Part shown: piece after piece, positions 28,337 through 37,124 of the stretch
How positions within the stretch are numbered: the stretch's first letter is position 1
Layout of the letters: the number at the start of each line of letters is the position of its first letter
Virus record (IMG/VR): IMGVR_UViG_3300026851_000039
Span: 1 to 44,202 of that record
Direction: 5' to 3' (one strand)
Length of the DNA stretch: 44,202 nucleotides
Source: a virus
The notes under the pieces: model-generated
What the model was told of the DNA's origin: nothing
Database searches by the model: none
What the model saw: only the letters and a program-made list of their open reading frames with translations
Program-made: the position numbers and the translations under genes

Positions 28337-30880
28337 ATGGCAAAGCTGGCGATAGCGCTGGAAATCGGCGGTGCCGTTGCAGCATCGCTCGGTGCGGCAT
28401 TCGGCACGGCCCAGGGACATATCAAAAAGCTCGAGGACAAGGGCAACCGGGCCAAGGTGCTGAAGAACACCATCGGCGAAACGATCAAGCTCAGGGACGA
28501 ATGGAAGAAGGCCCATGACAGTGGGTCGTCAGCAGCATCCGGTCTGCTGCGTCGCCTGGAAGGCAATCTCGATGCCCTGAAGAAACAGGGCGTCGAGGTT
28601 GGGCGCCTTGCTCGGGAGTACCAGCGCCTAGGGCGTGAAGCGAAGGCAGCAGATCTGCAGCAGAAAGGGCGGCAGCAGATCGATGCGGGCAAGTCTTCGC
28701 TGAAGTCGAACATCGGCGCCGCGGTTGTCGGTGTTGGCATGGCCGCGATCCCGACGAAGATCAGTGCGGATTACCAGGCTGTGATCCGTGACATTGCGAT
28801 CAAGGCCGACGTGGCCAACAAGCCCGAGGAGGCCCAGTTGACCAGGACGGTCATCGATACGGCCAAGGACACGGGGATGTCGCGCAATGACGTTGCCGAC
28901 CTGGTCAACCAGCTCGTCGGTGCCGGTATGGAACTGGACAAGGCGCTGGCCTATGCCCCTACCGCAGCCAAGTTCGCGGTCGGGCAGGGCGCCAGTGGCG
29001 TGGATACGGCATCGATGATCATGGCGCTGCAGCAGAACGCCAAGATCACCGACCCCAAGGTCATGCAGCAGGCGCTCGAGGCCATCGCGTACCAGGGGCA
29101 GGCGGGCAGCTTTGAGGCCAGTGACATGGCGCGCTGGTTTCCGCAGCTGTTGGCCGGCATGGAGAAGAGCGGCAGCACGGGGCTAGAGGCGGTGACGTCT
29201 CTGGGTTCGATGCTGCAAGTGCAGATGAAAACTGCCGGCAGCTCGGATGAAGCGGCGAACAACTTCAAGAACTGGATCGAGAAGATCGGCTCGGGTGACG
29301 TGGTCAAGGCCTACAAGGATGTGGGCATCGACTACCAGGCCTCGCTGAATACGGGTATCCAGAAAGGCATGTCGACGATCGAGTCGTCGATGGCCCTGGC
29401 GATGAAGTATGTCGAAGCCACGGATCCGGCCAAGGCAAAAAAGATCAAGGATGCCCAAGCCGGAATCAGCAAGGAAGCTGACCCGGAGAAGGCCAGGGCT
29501 GCCCTGGATGCGTTGGAGAAGTCCCTGCGTACCGGGGACTTGTTCGCGGACATGCAGGTCAAGGCGGCGCTCACGGCCTACTCGCAGAACAAGGACCTTT
29601 ACACCCAGCTGAAGAATGACTCGACCAAGGCCACCGGGATTCTGGATAAGAACCTGGCCGAGCGGCGCGAGACGTCGTCGCAGATCTGGAAGGAGACGCT
29701 GCAGTCGGTCGATGACAGCATGCGCAGTGTCGGCGACGCCATCCGGCCGGTGACAGACAAAGTCGGGCAGGGCATCAACTTTGTGGCACGCAAACTGACG
29801 GAGCTGTCGGACAAGGCGCCGGGCGTAGTGATGGGCATTGCTGGCATCACTGCTGGTATCGGTGCGCTGCTCACTCTGTACAGCACAGCGAAGATCGGGC
29901 GCGGCGTTTGGAATGTTGCGCGTGGCCATCGCTTGGGGCGCGGTGCTGCTCGTGGTGGCGGCGTTCCTGATACCGGCAACAAGGCGGTGGATGCCGGCCT
30001 TGGCGTGCTTGGTAAAGTGTTTGGTGGAGCTGCTGCAAACGATGCAGGTGGCGTGCTCGGCAATGAGCCGCAGCGAGTCTTCGTCGTCAATGCCAGGGAT
30101 CTCGGCGGGTTAGGCTCGTCGGCAGGAGCTCCAGAGCCAGGCGGAAGGCGCCGCCGTCGGCGCCGACGAGGTCGCGTCGGTGGAGCGGCTGTATCGGCTG
30201 CGGCGAGCCTGGCGCCGGCCGCGACTCAGGTCGGGCGGATGGGGCGGGTGCTGGGTACCGTCGGCAAGGCTTCCAAGTTCGTTGGCAAACTGCCGGGCGG
30301 GAAAGTGCTCGATGCCGGCATGACCCTGGTCGACACGGCCCTCAACGCGAAAACCCAGGACGAGAAAGCCGAAGGCTACGGCACCGCGGCGGGCGGTTTG
30401 GCCGGTGCCCTGGCGGGTGGAGCTGTAGGCGCGGCGATTGGCTCGGTCGTACCGATCATTGGTACCGCCATCGGGGGTGCCATTGGTGCCGCCTTCGGCG
30501 GTATGGGCGGGGAGGGCATAGGTGGTTGGCTCGGCAAGAAGCTGTTCGGCGAGGACGAGCAGTTGGCCAAGGCCGACAAGGCCAAGGGCGCGGCGCCTGG
30601 TGACGTGGCTCGCTCGATCTCAGCCGCAGCGCCGGCACCGACAGCTCCGGTGGTCGCCCAGGCGCTCGAGCAGGCCAAGCCCAAGTCTGATCCGCCCAAA
30701 GTCGACCAGCAGTTCTCCTATATGCCGAATATGCCGATCACCATTCAAGGCGATGCCAAGGATCCGCAACAGTTGTTCCGCTCACTCGAGGGATTCATCC
30801 GCAATAGCTGGGATACCTGGTCGCGGGAAAACCTTGCTCGGCAGGCTGCTGGGCAACTCTTCGACGAACCCCATGTTTAA
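28337..30880 (+). CDS. Tape measure protein
   Basis: 847 aa, Ala/Gly-rich helical; GSFEASDMARWFP; GAAIGSVVPIIGTAIGG repeats. Confidence 0.92.
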   Translation: MAKLAIALEIGGAVAASLGAAFGTAQGHIKKLEDKGNRAKVLKNTIGETIKLRDEWKKAHDSGSSAASGLLRRLEGNLDALKKQGVEVGRLAREYQRLGREAKAADLQQKGRQQIDAGKSSLKSNIGAAVVGVGMAAIPTKISADYQAVIRDIAIKADVANKPEEAQLTRTVIDTAKDTGMSRNDVADLVNQLVGAGMELDKALAYAPTAAKFAVGQGASGVDTASMIMALQQNAKITDPKVMQQALEAIAYQGQAGSFEASDMARWFPQLLAGMEKSGSTGLEAVTSLGSMLQVQMKTAGSSDEAANNFKNWIEKIGSGDVVKAYKDVGIDYQASLNTGIQKGMSTIESSMALAMKYVEATDPAKAKKIKDAQAGISKEADPEKARAALDALEKSLRTGDLFADMQVKAALTAYSQNKDLYTQLKNDSTKATGILDKNLAERRETSSQIWKETLQSVDDSMRSVGDAIRPVTDKVGQGINFVARKLTELSDKAPGVVMGIAGITAGIGALLTLYSTAKIGRGVWNVARGHRLGRGAARGGGVPDTGNKAVDAGLGVLGKVFGGAAANDAGGVLGNEPQRVFVVNARDLGGLGSSAGAPEPGGRRRRRRRRGRVGGAAVSAAASLAPAATQVGRMGRVLGTVGKASKFVGKLPGGKVLDAGMTLVDTALNAKTQDEKAEGYGTAAGGLAGALAGGAVGAAIGSVVPIIGTAIGGAIGAAFGGMGGEGIGGWLGKKLFGEDEQLAKADKAKGAAPGDVARSISAAAPAPTAPVVAQALEQAKPKSDPPKVDQQFSYMPNMPITIQGDAKDPQQLFRSLEGFIRNSWDTWSRENLARQAAGQLFDEPHV

Positions 30881-30889
30881 GGAGGTGCC

Positions 30890-31735
30890 ATGGCCTACAT
30901 GGAGTCTATGCAGTCGACGCTGTCTTCGTTGATTGCCGCGGGGGAGGCTGGCCGTACCAGCCTCGACGGCATGCTCGGGCCGCTGACCGGCGCTGTCAGC
31001 GACATGACGGGTGCTGCCGGTGAGCTGGAGGGCTTGCCGATCCTCGGCCCGGCCCTTGGCCAGAAGCTGCAGCGCACAATGCGGGCGATCAGCGCAGCCC
31101 AATCCACTGTGGGGCGGGTGGCGTCCACCTACAGCCAGGCGGTCAGTGGTGCCGCGGCGGTACAAGACCGAATCGGTTCGCTGAAAGAGCAGACCGGGAA
31201 GGCTTCGGCGGCAATCAATCGGATAGCCGGCCAGGTTAGCCCGTCGTTGGCCAACATCCTGCCAACCAGCGCGCTCGCCTCGCTGGCAACGCCGGTGGCC
31301 GAGGCGATCAAACCCTTCCCGCATCTGCTGATCCTGCAGCCGCTCGATGCCAAGCAGCAGCCGTATTACTTCAACCTGGACACCGCCGCGTTCGACGAGC
31401 TGCGGCGGCAGACGGCAGCGCGCTGGGCTGGCCAGGAGCGCCTGACGCGGGATATCGCACAGCAGGCGGTGGGGCAGGGCGAGGACAAGATCACGTTGAA
31501 GGGTGTGATCTATCCCGGCTTTAAAGGGGGAATCAAGCAGTTGGACACCCTTCGCGCCATCGTCCGCCGGCTGCAGCCCGTCAGCCTGGTTACGGGCTAT
31601 GGCGATGTGCTAGGCACCTGGTGCTTGCTGAGCATTGATGAAGAACAGGGCGCGCTGTTGGCTGGCGGCATCCCACGCAAGCAGGGTTTCTCACTGGAGT
31701 TCGTGAAGTATGGCAACGACATGCAGAACGTCTGA
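30890..31735 (+). CDS. Tail protein (P2 gpU-like) with N-terminal extension
   Basis: WAGQERL...QAVGQGEDKITLKGVIYP...GIPRKQGFSLEF. Confidence 0.85.
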   Translation: MAYMESMQSTLSSLIAAGEAGRTSLDGMLGPLTGAVSDMTGAAGELEGLPILGPALGQKLQRTMRAISAAQSTVGRVASTYSQAVSGAAAVQDRIGSLKEQTGKASAAINRIAGQVSPSLANILPTSALASLATPVAEAIKPFPHLLILQPLDAKQQPYYFNLDTAAFDELRRQTAARWAGQERLTRDIAQQAVGQGEDKITLKGVIYPGFKGGIKQLDTLRAIVRRLQPVSLVTGYGDVLGTWCLLSIDEEQGALLAGGIPRKQGFSLEFVKYGNDMQNV

Positions 31736-31916
31736 GGGGGATCTGCTCGACACCCTGTGCTACCAGCACTACGGGCACCTTAACGGCACTGTCGAGTTGG
31801 TGCTGCAGGAGAACCCGGGCTTGGCTGATGAACCGCAGCCCTACCGCACCGGGGTGGTGATCGTGCTGCCCGACCTTGCTCCGCCATCAATCGAAACCAT
31901 CGAGCTATGGGGCTGA
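31710..31916 (+). CDS. Tail protein X (LysM-like)
   Basis: GDLLDTLCYQHYG...NPGLA...LPDL...LWG. Confidence 0.9.
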   Translation: MATTCRTSEGDLLDTLCYQHYGHLNGTVELVLQENPGLADEPQPYRTGVVIVLPDLAPPSIETIELWG

Positions 31917-31931
31917 CCCCCAGCCTTCACC

Positions 31932-31957
31932 GAGCCCCGCCTAGTGCGGGGCTCTTT
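31932..31957 (+). terminator. Terminator-like hairpin within the late operon
   Basis: GAGCCCCGC-ctagt-GCGGGGCTCTTT. Confidence 0.5.
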
Positions 31958-31972
31958 CATTCTGGAGTGCAT

Positions 31973-33025
31973 ATGCAACCTACCTTTCGCATCGTCGCTG
32001 ATGGCGCGGACATCACGGCGCTGATCAATGACCGGTTGTTGCTGCTGAGAACGACCGACAAGCCTGGGATGGACTCCGACGAGTTCGAGCTGCGGATCGA
32101 TGACCGTGATGCAGCGGTTGCTTTACCCGCTCGAGGGGCAGGGATCGAGGTCTACCTGGGCTATGCGAGGCAGGCGCTGGCCCGCCTCGGGCGGTACACC
32201 GTCGACGAGATCGAAGTCTCCTCGCCGCCACGCACGATGGTCATCCGGGGCAAGGCCAGCGACATGCGTGGCAGCGGCAAGACCACGCGCAGCGGTAACT
32301 GGGAGGGTGTGCCGCTGTCGCAGATCGTCCGCGACATTGCGGCTCGCAATGGCTGGGCACCGGCCTGCCCCATGCAGACCAAGGTCGACCGCGTCGACCA
32401 GCGTAACGAGTCGGACTTCAACTTCATCACCCGCCTGGCCAAGCAATACGACTGCACCGCGAAAGTCGCCGACGGCAAGCTGCTGGTCCTGCCCCGTGAG
32501 GCCAGCCAGGGGGCCAGCGGCAAGGCCTTTGGCGTGGTCACTATCACGCCTGCGGACGTGAGCCGGTGGCAGTTTCGTCTCGGTGACCGCAGCGCTCAGA
32601 AGGCCGTGAAGACCCAGCACCAGGACAAAAAGACCGGGAAGTTGGTGGTAGTCGAGCTGGGTAATGACGACGCCCCCTCGGGGCTGCCGGGCGTACACAC
32701 CGATCGACACATCTACCCGAACAAGTCCGCAGCCGAGCAGGCGGCCAAGGCGAAGCTCGCTGCGTTCAACCGCACCACTGCCAGCGTGCGCTTGCAGATG
32801 CCCGGGCGCACCGACCTGTTCGCCGAGCGCTTGATCAACGCCCAGGGTTTCAAGGTGGGTCTGGATGGTCAGTACCTGGTCGACAGCGTCGAGCAGAGCT
32901 TCGACGCTTCCGGCTGGTCGACCGCGGTGGAGTGCAACGGCGGCAAGAAGGGCAAGGCGAAAGCCAAGGGCAAGAAAAAGAAATCCGACAAGCCACTGAA
33001 GGTGGTCGATGTGAAACCGGCCTGA
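31973..33025 (+). CDS. Baseplate hub / late control protein D (P2 gpD-like)
   Basis: DITALINDRL, DQRNESDFNFITRLA; GGAG RBS. Confidence 0.92.
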   Translation: MQPTFRIVADGADITALINDRLLLLRTTDKPGMDSDEFELRIDDRDAAVALPARGAGIEVYLGYARQALARLGRYTVDEIEVSSPPRTMVIRGKASDMRGSGKTTRSGNWEGVPLSQIVRDIAARNGWAPACPMQTKVDRVDQRNESDFNFITRLAKQYDCTAKVADGKLLVLPREASQGASGKAFGVVTITPADVSRWQFRLGDRSAQKAVKTQHQDKKTGKLVVVELGNDDAPSGLPGVHTDRHIYPNKSAAEQAAKAKLAAFNRTTASVRLQMPGRTDLFAERLINAQGFKVGLDGQYLVDSVEQSFDASGWSTAVECNGGKKGKAKAKGKKKKSDKPLKVVDVKPA

Positions 33026-33048
33026 GTGGCCACAGCAGGAGATCCAAG

Positions 33049-33600
33049 ATGACTGTCACTCTCAAGCAGCTGCAACAGATCCTCCCCAACGCCGGCACCC
33101 AAGCCGGCGTTTTTCTTCCTGTACTGAACGCGTCGATGGTGAAGTGGGGCATCGTCACCCCGCTGCGCAAGCGTGCGTTCCTGGCCCAGGTCGGCCATGA
33201 GTCTGGCCAACTGCGCTACGTCCGCGAGCTGGGCGGCGATCAGTACCTGGCCAAGTACGACACCGGCAAGCTCGCCGCGCGGTTGGGCAACACGCTCGAA
33301 GCCGATGGCGACGGCCAGAAGTATCGCGGCCGTGGCCTGATCCAGGTGACCGGCCGCACCAACTACCAGCGTTGCGGCGAAGCGCTAGGCCTCGATCTGC
33401 TCAACCATCCCGAGTTGCTCGAGCGCCCGGAGCACGCTGCTGACTCGGCCGGTTGGTTCTGGCACCTGGCCGGCCTCAACTCGCTGGCCGACAAGGGGCC
33501 GTCGGCGTTCGAGGCCATCACCCGACGGATCAACGGTGGCCTCAACGGGCTGGATGATCGTTTGGCGATCTACAAGCGTGCCGAGAAGGTGCTGATGTGA
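33049..33600 (+). CDS. Endolysin, glycoside hydrolase family 19
   Basis: AFLAQVGHESG, YRGRGLIQVTGRTNY, ITRRINGGLNG. Confidence 0.93.
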   Translation: MTVTLKQLQQILPNAGTQAGVFLPVLNASMVKWGIVTPLRKRAFLAQVGHESGQLRYVRELGGDQYLAKYDTGKLAARLGNTLEADGDGQKYRGRGLIQVTGRTNYQRCGEALGLDLLNHPELLERPEHAADSAGWFWHLAGLNSLADKGPSAFEAITRRINGGLNGLDDRLAIYKRAEKVLM

Positions 33601-34118
33601 AGGCGCTGAACTGGCGGCTTGCTGGCTTGATGTTGTTGTTGGGCTTGGCCTTGGGTGGCCGGGGTGGCTGGATCCTGCAGGACTGGCGCTACGGCAAGCA
33701 GCTGGAGCAACAAGCCCGGCTGCAGGCGGAAAGCTTCAATCAGCTGAATCTGGCCGCAGCTGCTCGGCAGCGTGAAGAACAAGACAAACGCCTGGCCCTG
33801 GAGCAGCAGCTGCAGGCCAGTGATCAAACCCATTACCGAGTTTTAAGCGATGCACAACGTGATCAAGGTCGCCTGCGTGACCGTCTTGCCACTGCTGATC
33901 TGCGCCTGTCAGTCCTCCTCGAGGCTACCGATTCCGGCAGCGGATGTGCAGTGCCGGCCACCACCACCGCCAGCGGCGTGGTTCATGGAGCCGCACGCGC
34001 CCGACTTGACCCAGCGCATGCTCAACGAATTATCGGAATCACCAACGACGGCGATCAAGGACTGATCGCCCTGGCAGCCTGTCAGGCGTACGCCAGAAAA
34101 GTATCTACACAGAAGTGA
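33597..34118 (+). CDS. rz: Inner-membrane spanin Rz
   Basis: N-terminal TM, coiled coil, C-terminal LIALAACQAY. Confidence 0.9.
   Translation: MKALNWRLAGLMLLLGLALGGRGGWILQDWRYGKQLEQQARLQAESFNQLNLAAAARQREEQDKRLALEQQLQASDQTHYRVLSDAQRDQGRLRDRLATADLRLSVLLEATDSGSGCAVPATTTASGVVHGAARARLDPAHAQRIIGITNDGDQGLIALAACQAYARKVSTQK
33850..34065 (+). CDS. rz1: Outer-membrane lipoprotein spanin Rz1, embedded in Rz
   Basis: Alternative frame within Rz; lipobox-like LICAC; Pro-rich CRPPPPPAAWFM. Confidence 0.8.
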   Translation: MHNVIKVACVTVLPLLICACQSSSRLPIPAADVQCRPPPPPAAWFMEPHAPDLTQRMLNELSESPTTAIKD

Positions 34119-34228
34119 AAAGGAGCGGCCGGTCTGGATGCGTCAACATCCACCCCGGCCGCCGTCCCTGCAGATTGCCCCTGCAAGTCCAGCCAAGGCT
34201 CCTGCTCCGTGCACAAAGCGCGGCGAGC
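34118..34228 (-). ncRNA. Candidate structured small/antisense RNA, copy 1
   Basis: Long stem with GGATG-CGTCAA-CATCC apex ending in a T-run on the minus strand; extended -10 TGcTAGGCT at 34234-34226; second copy at 36339-36448. Confidence 0.4.
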
Positions 34229-34235
34229 CTAGCAC

Positions 34236-34251
34236 CTGTTTATATATACAG
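34236..34251. promoter_or_regulatory. LexA (SOS) box
   Basis: CTGTTTATATATACAG matches CTGT-N8-ACAG with an AT-rich core. Confidence 0.85.
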
Positions 34252-34268
34252 TAAAAGTCTTGCTCTTA

Positions 34269-35063
34269 ATGTCTACTCCTATCATCCCCTGGATGGGTGG
34301 CAAACGCCGCCTAGCCGACCGCTTGATCCCCCTCTTTCCCCCTCACGAATGCTATGTGGAAGTCTTCGCCGGCGGTGCTGCGTTGTACTTCATGCGCCCC
34401 CAGCCAGCCCCGGTGGAGGTGCTGAACGACCTGAACGGTGACCTGGTGACGCTGTACCGGGTGGTGCAGAACCATCTGGAAGAGTTCGTCCGCCAGTTCA
34501 AATGGGCTCTCAGTTCTCGTCAGATTTTCGAGTGGCAGAAGATGACCCGCCCCGAGACGCTGACCGATATCCAGCGCGCTGCCCGGTTCTTCTACCTGCA
34601 GCAGCACGCCTTCGGCGGCAAGGTCACCGGCCAAACATTCGGTACCGCCACCACCGGGCCGGCCATCAACCTGCTGCGCATCGAGGAAAACCTCTCAACG
34701 GCTTGGCAGCGCCTCGCTGGTACTTACGTCGAGAACCTCTCTTGGATCGACTGTGCCGAGCGTTACGATCGAGCGCACACGTTCTTCTACATGGACCCGC
34801 CTTACTGGCAGACCGCTGGCTACGGGCTCGACTTCCCGTTCGAGGAGTACGAGCGCATGGCCGACTTCATGCGGCGCTGCAAGGGCAGGGTGATGGTCAG
34901 CATCAACGACCATCCGGATATCCGGCGGGCCTTCGACGGCTTCCACTTCGAGACCCTGGATATCCGCTACACCAACACGAATCAGCGGCAAGGTAAGGCC
35001 GAGGTCACCGGCGAACTGGTGATCATGAACTGGGAGCCGGCTGCGTTAGGAGGGCTGTTCTGA
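34269..35063 (+). CDS. DNA adenine-N6 methyltransferase (D12/Dam-like family)
   Basis: PWMGGKRRL, YVEVFAGGAA, EVLNDLNGDL, YMDPPY. Confidence 0.93.
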   Translation: MSTPIIPWMGGKRRLADRLIPLFPPHECYVEVFAGGAALYFMRPQPAPVEVLNDLNGDLVTLYRVVQNHLEEFVRQFKWALSSRQIFEWQKMTRPETLTDIQRAARFFYLQQHAFGGKVTGQTFGTATTGPAINLLRIEENLSTAWQRLAGTYVENLSWIDCAERYDRAHTFFYMDPPYWQTAGYGLDFPFEEYERMADFMRRCKGRVMVSINDHPDIRRAFDGFHFETLDIRYTNTNQRQGKAEVTGELVIMNWEPAALGGLF

Positions 35064-35146
35064 TGCTGCTTCCGGGGGACCTGATCAGCTTGCTATACGC
35101 TTTCAACAGAGCGTTACTGTGGCTACGCAAACAAAGTGAGTACCCC

Positions 35147-35320
35147 ATGGAAACCGCCGACATGTACCTTCAGACAATCCCCGCCAGTATTCTCGCCGCA
35201 GTAGTGCGTGGGGAGGTTGACCTAAACGAATTAGCTTGGCGTGAGCTGACCTAACGGGGGATGAACTCGGAAGGGAAGTGGGTGGGGTTTCAAGAGGCCG
35301 AACGACTACAAGCACTCTGA
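35147..35320 (+). pseudogene. Small phage protein interrupted by an in-frame TAA (35252-35254)
   Basis: METADMYLQ...RGEVDLNELAWRELT*RGMNSEGKWVGF...; frame continues to TGA 35320, followed by a terminator. Confidence 0.5.
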
Positions 35321-35323
35321 AGC

Positions 35324-35355
35324 AAAGGCCTCGGCGTAGCCGGGGCCTTTGTTTC
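35324..35355. terminator. Intrinsic (possibly bidirectional) terminator
   Basis: AAAGGCCTCGGC-gta-GCCGGGGCCTTTGTTT. Confidence 0.6.
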
Positions 35356-35409
35356 TTACTTTGAAATGAATCGGCGGATATGCTTTCATCAATGCTTTGA
35401 GTTTTCTAT

Positions 35410-35979
35410 TCAGCCATTGCCCACCGCCTGCCTGGTAGGGTTGAAAGAGACCTTCTTGGTGTTGCCGCTCCAGTACTTAGCATCCAGGCAGGCCGTCCAG
35501 AACAGTTCGATGGAGTCTTGCTCCCCGTGGAGCAAGCCTTGCAACTTCGCAAGGATCTCCGATAGGAGAATCTTTTCTTCATGGTGCAGTTTGACAATCC
35601 ACGTCAACTCCGCTTTCGGCTCGTTCCAGTAACAAACGCCGCAATCGCCGATTTTACTGTCTCCATATAGCACGAGGTTCTGGGTCAGGGTTTCATAGGT
35701 ATCGATGCCTAGGTCGGGCCGCGAGTAGTTCAGGTGATGATTGTCATACCAGTCGTCGCGCTGCACTTCGGTCCAGTAGATGACGACCTCGTTTCTGATC
35801 TGAGCCTTGATGTCATCAATGCCGCGATGACGATAGATATAGTCATCCGCGACTTCATCGGACATGGTGCTGCCAAACTGACCCAGAGTGATCATGCTGA
35901 TCGGAAGATCCTTTGATGGAGGCAACTTCTGCGCCTTTTCGCCACCGTGTCCTCGGACATAAACTCTGTAGATTGTCAT
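35410..35979 (-). CDS. Hypothetical cargo protein with GHGG...WTAC motifs
   Basis: AAAGGA RBS; 189-aa ORF; motif layout resembles a His-Cys dyad fold. Confidence 0.7.
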   Translation of the reverse strand: MTIYRVYVRGHGGEKAQKLPPSKDLPISMITLGQFGSTMSDEVADDYIYRHRGIDDIKAQIRNEVVIYWTEVQRDDWYDNHHLNYSRPDLGIDTYETLTQNLVLYGDSKIGDCGVCYWNEPKAELTWIVKLHHEEKILLSEILAKLQGLLHGEQDSIELFWTACLDAKYWSGNTKKVSFNPTRQAVGNG

Positions 35980-36172
35980 TGGGTAATCCTTTGATTGAAT
36001 AACTTCCTTGAATGAATGTTAGGTGTAGCACAGGCGTAGCTTTTCGCAAGAAGCTGAGGAAGCAGAGAGTCGAATAAGAGGATGGCTACATGTCACCGGA
36101 AAAGCTCACGGTGTATAAAAGATAAATTGGTCAAATCCGATGCTATTACGCAACTGAAAAGTGTCGGAATGT

Positions 36173-36294
36173 TTAGGGCAAATTTAGGGAAAGACGTGGG
36201 CCGTTAAAGGCCTTTATAGGAAACTGCCCAAAGCCGCTTAACGCGTATTTGCTGGCCTAAAGCGGCCTACGGATAATAAGGAAGGGGTTCAAAT
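36173..36294 (+). mobile_element. att-like remnant A1 (arm repeat plus tRNA T-arm-like core)
   Basis: TTAGGGCAAATTTAGGG at 36173; GGGTTCAAAT 112 nt downstream (36285). Confidence 0.55.
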
Positions 36295-36340
36295 TGCGTT
36301 GAAGGCCTGTCAGGCCTACGTTCGCGAGGTCACCAAGTAA
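36293..36340 (+). pseudogene. 3' fragment of a second Rz gene
   Basis: IALKACQAYVREVTK* versus the resident Rz end IALAACQAYARKVSTQK*. Confidence 0.7.
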
Positions 36341-36448
36341 AAGAGGCGAGCCGGGTGGATGCGTCAACATCCAGCCCGGCCCGCCGAGCCCGCAGACCCT
36401 TCCTGCAAGCCCAGGCCGCGGCCTCTGTGTGCACAAAGCGCGGCGAGC
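36339..36448 (-). ncRNA. Candidate structured RNA element, copy 2
   Basis: Shares TGGATGCGTCAACATCCA, CCTGCAAG and GTGCACAAAGCGCGGCGAGC with 34118-34228. Confidence 0.35.
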
Positions 36449-36470
36449 GCACATCTGGGTTATGTCACGA

Positions 36471-37124
36471 TCATGTGAATCCGTAACGATGGATATCATT
36501 TGCTCTTTCAGACTTCAGTGAACCGAGGCACTTCAAGTCTATCGAGATCCACCCGCCTTTAAGAACAATACGGTTTTCTTCTCCGGGCAGTTGCCGACCA
36601 TAACGCGCTTTTTTTCGTTTATCTTTATCAGTACCACATTTAGGTGACCACGCATCGACCTTCAGGTCCTCACAATCTTCGCGTGCGTTCCGGATCCACA
36701 GGCCCTGGTATATCCATGATTTCGCGCACTTGCTGTGGATTGATTCCGATGCCCAATCTAAACTCCAGTGCCCGGGAAGCTTTTTTCTAACCTTAGCCTC
36801 AACCAAGCTGGCGAATTGTTGCGAGCAGTAGGCGTTTGCCGCATCCCCTAGGGATGGGCTCTCTAGATATTGAGCACGATATCCGGTGTTTGCGTTATGG
36901 AAAAAGTCCACCAAACGCGACTGAGTGCAGTGAAGAGTGGCTACAACCCTAAAATAGTCGTGGAATTCGCAACACTGTTCTCGTACCACCAAAATTTTAT
37001 CGGTTTTTTCAACTAAGCGATCTACGATGATCTGAAAGTCCGGGGCGTTTAGAAGTTGATCACGACGTTCAACCGCAACAGTCTCAGTAATTTTCCAGCG
37101 GCTCGGATCAATGCGTGCGTACAT
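36471..37124 (-). CDS. Hypothetical cargo protein
   Basis: 217-aa ORF, AAGGA RBS, lower GC; no recognised motif. Confidence 0.7.
   Translation of the reverse strand: MYARIDPSRWKITETVAVERRDQLLNAPDFQIIVDRLVEKTDKILVVREQCCEFHDYFRVVATLHCTQSRLVDFFHNANTGYRAQYLESPSLGDAANAYCSQQFASLVEAKVRKKLPGHWSLDWASESIHSKCAKSWIYQGLWIRNAREDCEDLKVDAWSPKCGTDKDKRKKARYGRQLPGEENRIVLKGGWISIDLKCLGSLKSERANDIHRYGFT

Noticed and set aside
30140..30180. Poly-Arg tract in the tape measure protein
   Set aside because: Low-complexity linker with the frame intact; no evidence of a separate function
9159..33210. Many long antisense or alternative-frame ORFs (e.g. 9159-10562, 13157-14356, 17058-18269, 18579-19772, 21241-22455)
   Set aside because: Shadows of high-GC3 structural genes, with no RBS, motifs or coupling, unlike the 1332-2102 and Rz1 overlaps
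34115..34268. Mu Com-like zinc-finger gene before the methyltransferase
   Set aside because: No CxxC...CxxC ORF found in the interval
1345..35063. Restriction-modification system
   Set aside because: Both methyltransferases are orphans with no adjacent endonuclease, as is common in phages
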